Part shown: in pieces, positions 58,578-64,000 of the stretch
How the letters are laid out: each line of letters opens with the position of its first letter
How positions within the stretch are numbered: the stretch's first letter is position 1
Source: Hamiltosporidium tvaerminnensis FI-OER-3-3
Lineage: Eukaryota; Fungi; Microsporidia
Assembly (NCBI GenBank): GCA_022605425.2
Contig: JAKIMF020000001.1
Location: 1,550,001-1,614,000, forward strand
Direction of reading: 5' to 3'
Length of the DNA: 64,000 nucleotides
Translations under genes and position numbers: made by a program
The notes under the pieces: model-generated
What the model was told of the DNA's origin: nothing
The model's database searches: none
The model's input: only the letters and a program-made list of their open reading frames with translations

Positions 58578-61169
58578 ATGGATCAAAATTTTACCAAAGA
58601 ACTAATACAAAAAGAAAATACATTAGTTAAAGAAAAATTACAAATTAAAAATACAATACTTGATCGTATAAATGCTTTGGCAAAAGCTTCTTCATCTTTT
58701 ATTGACAAACCTATAACTATTTCTAATAAAACGGGTCAAAGTAGAATTGACTTTGATAATTCAATAAAATATGATTTCGATATGTCGTTTCTAACAGAAA
58801 ATATATTGGTGATTGGCCAATGTTGGAACAATGTGACTGAAAAAATGAGTGGAAGGAATAACCATAAGGATATAAAAGCCTTTTTAGATAAAAAATACAA
58901 ATCATTTTATACTGTCTGGCGATTAAATACAACTAAAGATGACATATTTAGAAATTGTCAATATTTTGAACTCACAGATTACAATTTATCTACTATAGTA
59001 AGAATTTGTAAAAGTATCAAAGGATATTTATCTTTTGATCCAAAAAATGTAGTTGTATTAGAACATAAAGGTACAAAAAATGTATTCGCATTACTTGTTT
59101 CGTGTATATTAAGGTATTGTAAAATAGTAAGTAATACGAATGAAGCTCTTAATTTATATTTGCAAACAACAAATCAGCAATTCATAAGCAATACTTTGAA
59201 TAGATATGTTCAATATTTTGATAATTTTTATAAAAGAAGAGAAAATTATTTTAAGAAACAACTTCATCAAATAATTATAACAACTTTACCAAAAATTGAT
59301 AATGCTCGTATAGATAATCCTATGATAGTTATTTATCAAAATGGTGAATTTTTAAAGACTTTTACTAAAAATGATATTATAATTGATCAATTTTATATAA
59401 TTTTGACTGTTGAGGCTTTTTTTGTATGTGGAGATTTAAAAATAGCTCTTTTTCAAAGTGATAAAGGAAAAACAATTCAAATTTTAGAATTATATCTAAA
59501 TACATATGACTACGGACATGGATTGTATAGATTTCTACTCGATGATTTAGATTTTAATACCAATAAATGTTTACCGCGAAAAAAATTCGAAGACGATTTT
59601 TCTATTGATGTTGTATTTTTCGAAGATGAAACCAAAATTAGTTTCATTTACAATTTAGAAGATAATTTTATAAATAATTTAAATATTTTAAATGAACATT
59701 TTGGCCGAAATATTGATGTTGAAGTTCTAAAGAAGCTAAATGATGATGGTTATGATCGTGTTTTATCCAAAACCTGTTTGTATCTCGGTTTCGGTATAGA
59801 AGAGACTAAGAAAATAATTGATCATTTTTACAACAAAGGTGCTATAAAAAGTTTAGATATGAAAAAAGAAGAGATTGAAATCTTTGTCGATAGAAAAATC
59901 AAAGAAGAAGACACACATCAAAAAAATACATTAAATTTTTATATCCAGAACTCAGGACTAGAAAATTTATCTAATTATACATATTTAGAAACGATTCCCG
60001 ATAAAATAGAATTTACAAATGAATTTTTACAATCAAAAAAGACAAAAAGTTTACCGCCTAAAGCAAAAAAGAAACCACTAGAAAATTTTACAGTTAAAAA
60101 ACCTTTCCATTGGGTTACCATTCCCAAATCACCCAACAGTATATTTAACGAATTAGAGAATATAAGTATTAATATCGATTACACAAAATTTGAAGAATGG
60201 TTTTGCGAACCAGCCAACACGGAAATATTTGTAAAGGAATTAGAAAAAGATGTTTCGGTACTTAAAGACACAAGAAGAATATTTTTAGTATCTTTATCTA
60301 TTAAATCTTTAGAGAAAAGAAAAATAGATATTTATAATTTATCAAATGTAATATATAAAAATTCTAATCAGTTAGAATATGAAGATTTATTAAATATTAA
60401 AACAATTTTACCAACAGAAAAAGAAAAAAACATTATGTCATCATATAAAGGTTCATTTAATGATATCAATGAAGTTGAAAAAATTATGTTTAAAATCGAT
60501 GATATTGATTTAAAATCCGTCATTGATATTTTAATTTTTGAGAGAAAGTTCTATGAAGACAACAAAACTGTAGAAAACATTTTATTGGACACCAAAATAG
60601 TTTATGAAAAGATACTAAACAGCAATAATCTTAGAATTATTTTAAAAGCTGTTTTAGAATTGGGAAATACAGCCAATTATAAATATTATAATCGTAAAAA
60701 AGCGTTTGGATTTAAAATTACTTCTCTGTATATTTTACAGATATTTAAAGGTAAAAAAAGCAATCAAACACTTTTTTCATTCCTCGTCAATAGTTTGATA
60801 AAACAAAAACCAGAAATATTTCAAATTACCAAGGAATTAAGTTTAATTCATAAAATTAAAAATGAAGATATTTTTACTACCAAAGACAGAATAAATGCTT
60901 TCATAAATGATTATAACAATTGCATACGTATTTTCAAATGTATAAATGTCGATGAAAAAGACCTTTTAATTCATATAAATCAATTCTTATCTTATTCATA
61001 CACATTTTTAAAAGATATAACAGTAAAATACAAAGAAATATATGTCTATTCAAGTATAATAAAAAGAAAATTTGGGGAAAATGAAAAAGAAAGTATAACA
61101 GATATTTTAAATGTCTTATCTTCATTCTTATTAAAACTTGAAGATGAATATTTATCTTTTAGAATGTAA
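58578..61169 (+). CDS. Formin with N-terminal PTEN-like phosphatase/C2 domain and C-terminal FH2
   Basis: N-terminal half is PTEN-like (FDMSFLTENILVIG, IKAFLDKKY..YTVWRL, YL..DPKNVVVLE, RYVQYF, VCGDLKI). C-terminal half is FH2 (KKPFHWVTI, ILKAVLELGNTAN...KAFGFKITSL...QTLFSFL). First ATG is at 58578. Confidence 0.85.
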   Translation: MDQNFTKELIQKENTLVKEKLQIKNTILDRINALAKASSSFIDKPITISNKTGQSRIDFDNSIKYDFDMSFLTENILVIGQCWNNVTEKMSGRNNHKDIKAFLDKKYKSFYTVWRLNTTKDDIFRNCQYFELTDYNLSTIVRICKSIKGYLSFDPKNVVVLEHKGTKNVFALLVSCILRYCKIVSNTNEALNLYLQTTNQQFISNTLNRYVQYFDNFYKRRENYFKKQLHQIIITTLPKIDNARIDNPMIVIYQNGEFLKTFTKNDIIIDQFYIILTVEAFFVCGDLKIALFQSDKGKTIQILELYLNTYDYGHGLYRFLLDDLDFNTNKCLPRKKFEDDFSIDVVFFEDETKISFIYNLEDNFINNLNILNEHFGRNIDVEVLKKLNDDGYDRVLSKTCLYLGFGIEETKKIIDHFYNKGAIKSLDMKKEEIEIFVDRKIKEEDTHQKNTLNFYIQNSGLENLSNYTYLETIPDKIEFTNEFLQSKKTKSLPPKAKKKPLENFTVKKPFHWVTIPKSPNSIFNELENISINIDYTKFEEWFCEPANTEIFVKELEKDVSVLKDTRRIFLVSLSIKSLEKRKIDIYNLSNVIYKNSNQLEYEDLLNIKTILPTEKEKNIMSSYKGSFNDINEVEKIMFKIDDIDLKSVIDILIFERKFYEDNKTVENILLDTKIVYEKILNSNNLRIILKAVLELGNTANYKYYNRKKAFGFKITSLYILQIFKGKKSNQTLFSFLVNSLIKQKPEIFQITKELSLIHKIKNEDIFTTKDRINAFINDYNNCIRIFKCINVDEKDLLIHINQFLSYSYTFLKDITVKYKEIYVYSSIIKRKFGENEKESITDILNVLSSFLLKLEDEYLSFRM

Positions 61170-61504
61170 ATACAAACCATTCAAACATTAAAAAGTTTTA
61201 AATTTAACTAGTCTTTATTTTGTATATTTTCTTAAAATACAATTCAAACACATACAAATATTTTAAAGTATTTGTAATAATAACAAAGAAATAAATTTTT
61301 TGAAATAATAACATAGCATGATTTATACAAATATAATATACACCACTCTTTATTTAATTTAAACAAATCACATAAAAAAAAATACATTTATATTTTTCAA
61401 AAGTGAAACTTAAAAAATAAAAAATAGAATTTACCAAAAAAATAGGAAATAATTGCGTTTTAAATTTCAAAGTAAAATCAGATAAATAATTTGTTTGAGA
61501 AAAG

Positions 61505-61905
61505 AAAATGTTTGCAAAAGAAAATAAGAATAATATTTTCCACCGAAATAAAAAACTTGAAATAAATTCTTAGAAATAAGTAGAAAAAAAAATTTTCTTC
61601 AAAGTAATAGAAAAACTTAAATAAATTCTTAGAAATAAGTAGAAAAAAAAATTTTCTTCAAAGTAATAGAAAAACTTAAATAAATTCTTAGAAATAAGTA
61701 GAAAAAAAAATTTTCTTCACTGGAATAAAACAACTTGAAATAAATTCTTGAAAATAAGTAGAAAAAAAAATTTCTTCAAAGTAATAGAAAAACTTAAAAT
61801 AAATTCTTAGAAATAAGTAGAAATTAATTAAGAATATTTTCCACCGAAATAAAAAACTTAACATCCAAATTCTTGAAAATATGTAGAAATTAATTAAGAA
61901 TATTT
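61505..61905. repeat. Minisatellite, ~60-bp unit x ~6, directly upstream of TAF6
   Basis: Repeats of aaaaactt.aaataaattcttagaaataagtagaaaaaaaaattttcttc. Confidence 0.9.
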
Positions 61906-61971
61906 TAAAGAATTGTAACAACAGACTATTTATATTTCACAAAAAAAACACCCCCTTTTTTTCTCTTTACA

Positions 61972-61974
61972 CCC
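61972..61974 (+). promoter_or_regulatory. Microsporidian CCC motif upstream of the start codon (representative; also before UFD1, DOLPP1-like, ARC1, KAP95, SDO1 and RRP3)
   Basis: CCC lies within ~15 nt of the ATG in 7 genes despite very low GC. This is a known microsporidian transcription-start signal. Confidence 0.75.
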
Positions 61975-61985
61975 TTAAAAACGTA

Positions 61986-63077
61986 ATGCTGTTTTCAAAA
62001 GAGACATTAAAAGCATTTGCACAATCAAAAGGAATAACTAATGTTGATGATGATGCATTGAGAATTTTAGCACAAGATTTAGAATATAGAATAAAAGAAG
62101 TATGTCAAGAAGCTGGTAAATTTATGTTGTGCTCTAGAAGAACAAAGTTATCAATAGATGATGTAAATTACGCATTACAAAGTAGAAACGTTGAGCCTTT
62201 GTATGGATATGACCCACAAGACAGTTTGGTATTTAAAAATATTCCTTCTAATATTTATTATGTCCCTGATGAAGAATTAGATTTAGAAGAATTTCTTAAT
62301 AGGCCTTTACCAAAAATTCCTTTACCTACTTCTTTACATTCACATTGGTTGGCAATAGAAGGAGTTCAACCACAAATACCACAGAATCCATTACCTTTAG
62401 AAAAACCTATAATTAAAAAGGATTTACTTATGAGTTATCAAGAAGAAGCAGAACTTAAATCACAAAACAAACATGTTTTAAGTAAAGAATTACAACTTTA
62501 CTTTGACAAGATAGTATTGTTTATGCAGGGTTCTGATAACGAAAGAGAAATAGCGTTAGAATGCATGGAAAAAGAAAGTGGAATTCAGCAATTAATTCCT
62601 TATTTTATACAAAATTTTAGTGAATTTATTATAAAAAATATTTTTAATTCAAAAAATCTTACAACTATAATAAAAATGTATGAATCATTATTAAAAAACC
62701 AATTCATATTTATAGATCCGTATCTTCATCAAATTTTACCTGCTATTTTGACATGTGTCATTGGTAAATCTATAGAAAATGATACAATTAGAATATCAGC
62801 ATCTAACGTAGTTAAATACGTTTATAATAGATTTTCTTCTAGCTATAATACACTAGCACCGCGTGTTCTAAATACTCTTACTAGAACATGGCTTGATAAA
62901 TTAAAAAATGAAAATTCACAATACGGTGCTCTTTATTGTTTAAGTATTTTATCTGATAATATTTTAGAAACAGTTATACTTAAAAATTCAGAAAAATATA
63001 AAAATGAAATAAATAATCGTAAAGTTACTGATTTTCTTAATGAGTTGGTTGAAAAATACAAAGGAAATAATTTATAA
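61986..63077 (+). CDS. TAF6: TFIID subunit 6
   Basis: Histone fold LAQDLEYRIKEVCQEAGKFM...RRTKL...NVEPLYGY, HWLAIEGVQPQIPQNP, KHVLSKELQLYF and PYLHQILP. Confidence 0.95.
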   Translation: MLFSKETLKAFAQSKGITNVDDDALRILAQDLEYRIKEVCQEAGKFMLCSRRTKLSIDDVNYALQSRNVEPLYGYDPQDSLVFKNIPSNIYYVPDEELDLEEFLNRPLPKIPLPTSLHSHWLAIEGVQPQIPQNPLPLEKPIIKKDLLMSYQEEAELKSQNKHVLSKELQLYFDKIVLFMQGSDNEREIALECMEKESGIQQLIPYFIQNFSEFIIKNIFNSKNLTTIIKMYESLLKNQFIFIDPYLHQILPAILTCVIGKSIENDTIRISASNVVKYVYNRFSSSYNTLAPRVLNTLTRTWLDKLKNENSQYGALYCLSILSDNILETVILKNSEKYKNEINNRKVTDFLNELVEKYKGNNL

Positions 63078-64000
63078 ATAAAAATTTAGGATTCTATTTC
63101 TGTTTAAAATTTTCTTCTAAAATTAGGTCATTTAAATTCTTAAATGATTTTTTACCTTTGAATTTTTCATCTTTTGTTTACTTATTGCCTTTATTTGAAT
63201 TCTTTAATAATTTTGACTTTAGGTATCCGTATTGATAATCCTTCTATTTTCAATTGAAGGTCTAATAAATCTAGTGTTTATTTATTAAAATTTCATTCTT
63301 ATTTATGAGTATATATTATAAGTATATATGTTTAATATAACTTACTATAAATGGCATATCTGTACTCTTTTATTCAACACTAACCAAAGAATATTATGTA
63401 TATAATTCTCCGGGCAAGTTAAAAAAAATAATTTATTTTTTATTTTTCCATGCAATTGACTGTATAAATTTTTTAATTCTTTTTTTGAAATTCGGAATTA
63501 TTCTTAAATAAATTTTTTGTAATTTTTAAATATTTCATCTTAGTTATCATATAAAGAACTATCCCATTTCTATATGAATAAAAAATACTTGAGTATTTTC
63601 CAAAAAGTTGTTTTTATTAGAACTCTGTTTTATAATTTGAAACATATTTTTTTAATAATTTCAATTTTAATGTAACTTTCTCTGTAATTTTTTCATTTCA
63701 AAATAAGATAAAATCTTTTATAGGACAAGAACATATAAAATTTACATTTTCATGTGTATTATCTTATTTTGTTTTTATCTAGAATAGATATTTTTTAGTT
63801 TTAGAATCATAGCATACATTTATTACAATAAATAATTCATACTTGCATTCATTTCAGAGATATATAAAATATTTATTAATTTCCTTTTAATGCTCTAGAT
63901 TTAATTAAAATATAATAGTAAATGAATATGAAGACCAATCTTTAAATTCTAGATTTTATATTTATTAATATACTAATATATTAATTTATTAATATATTAA

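Overview
Very AT-rich, gene-sparse eukaryotic DNA that reads as a large-genome, TE-rich microsporidian (Hamiltosporidium-like; inferred from CCC motifs just upstream of start codons, divergent fungal-type housekeeping genes, a 23-nt intron, a GH19 chitinase, a signal-peptide LRR protein and repeated R4/Dong-type retroelements). About 14 protein genes: a partial VEFS-box (SUZ12-like) gene, VPS53, GH19 chitinase, PAP2/DOLPP1-like phosphatase, ORC2, UFD1, POL2, ARC1-like, LRR protein, importin beta, intron-containing SDO1, RRP3, a PTEN-FH2 formin and TAF6. Mobile DNA: a full-length DD39D (plant-type) mariner with TIRs, a Tc1/IS630 relic, three R4-like non-LTR copies, a ~260-bp RTE-derived SINE with TSDs, an RTE 3' stub and several minisatellites. 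The most notable unexplained signal is a ~700-nt non-coding element present in five full-length, diverged copies. Its ends pair with each other, it has many internal helices, and one long-range helix shows double compensatory changes between copies, which suggests a large structured RNA that has been mobilised or amplified.
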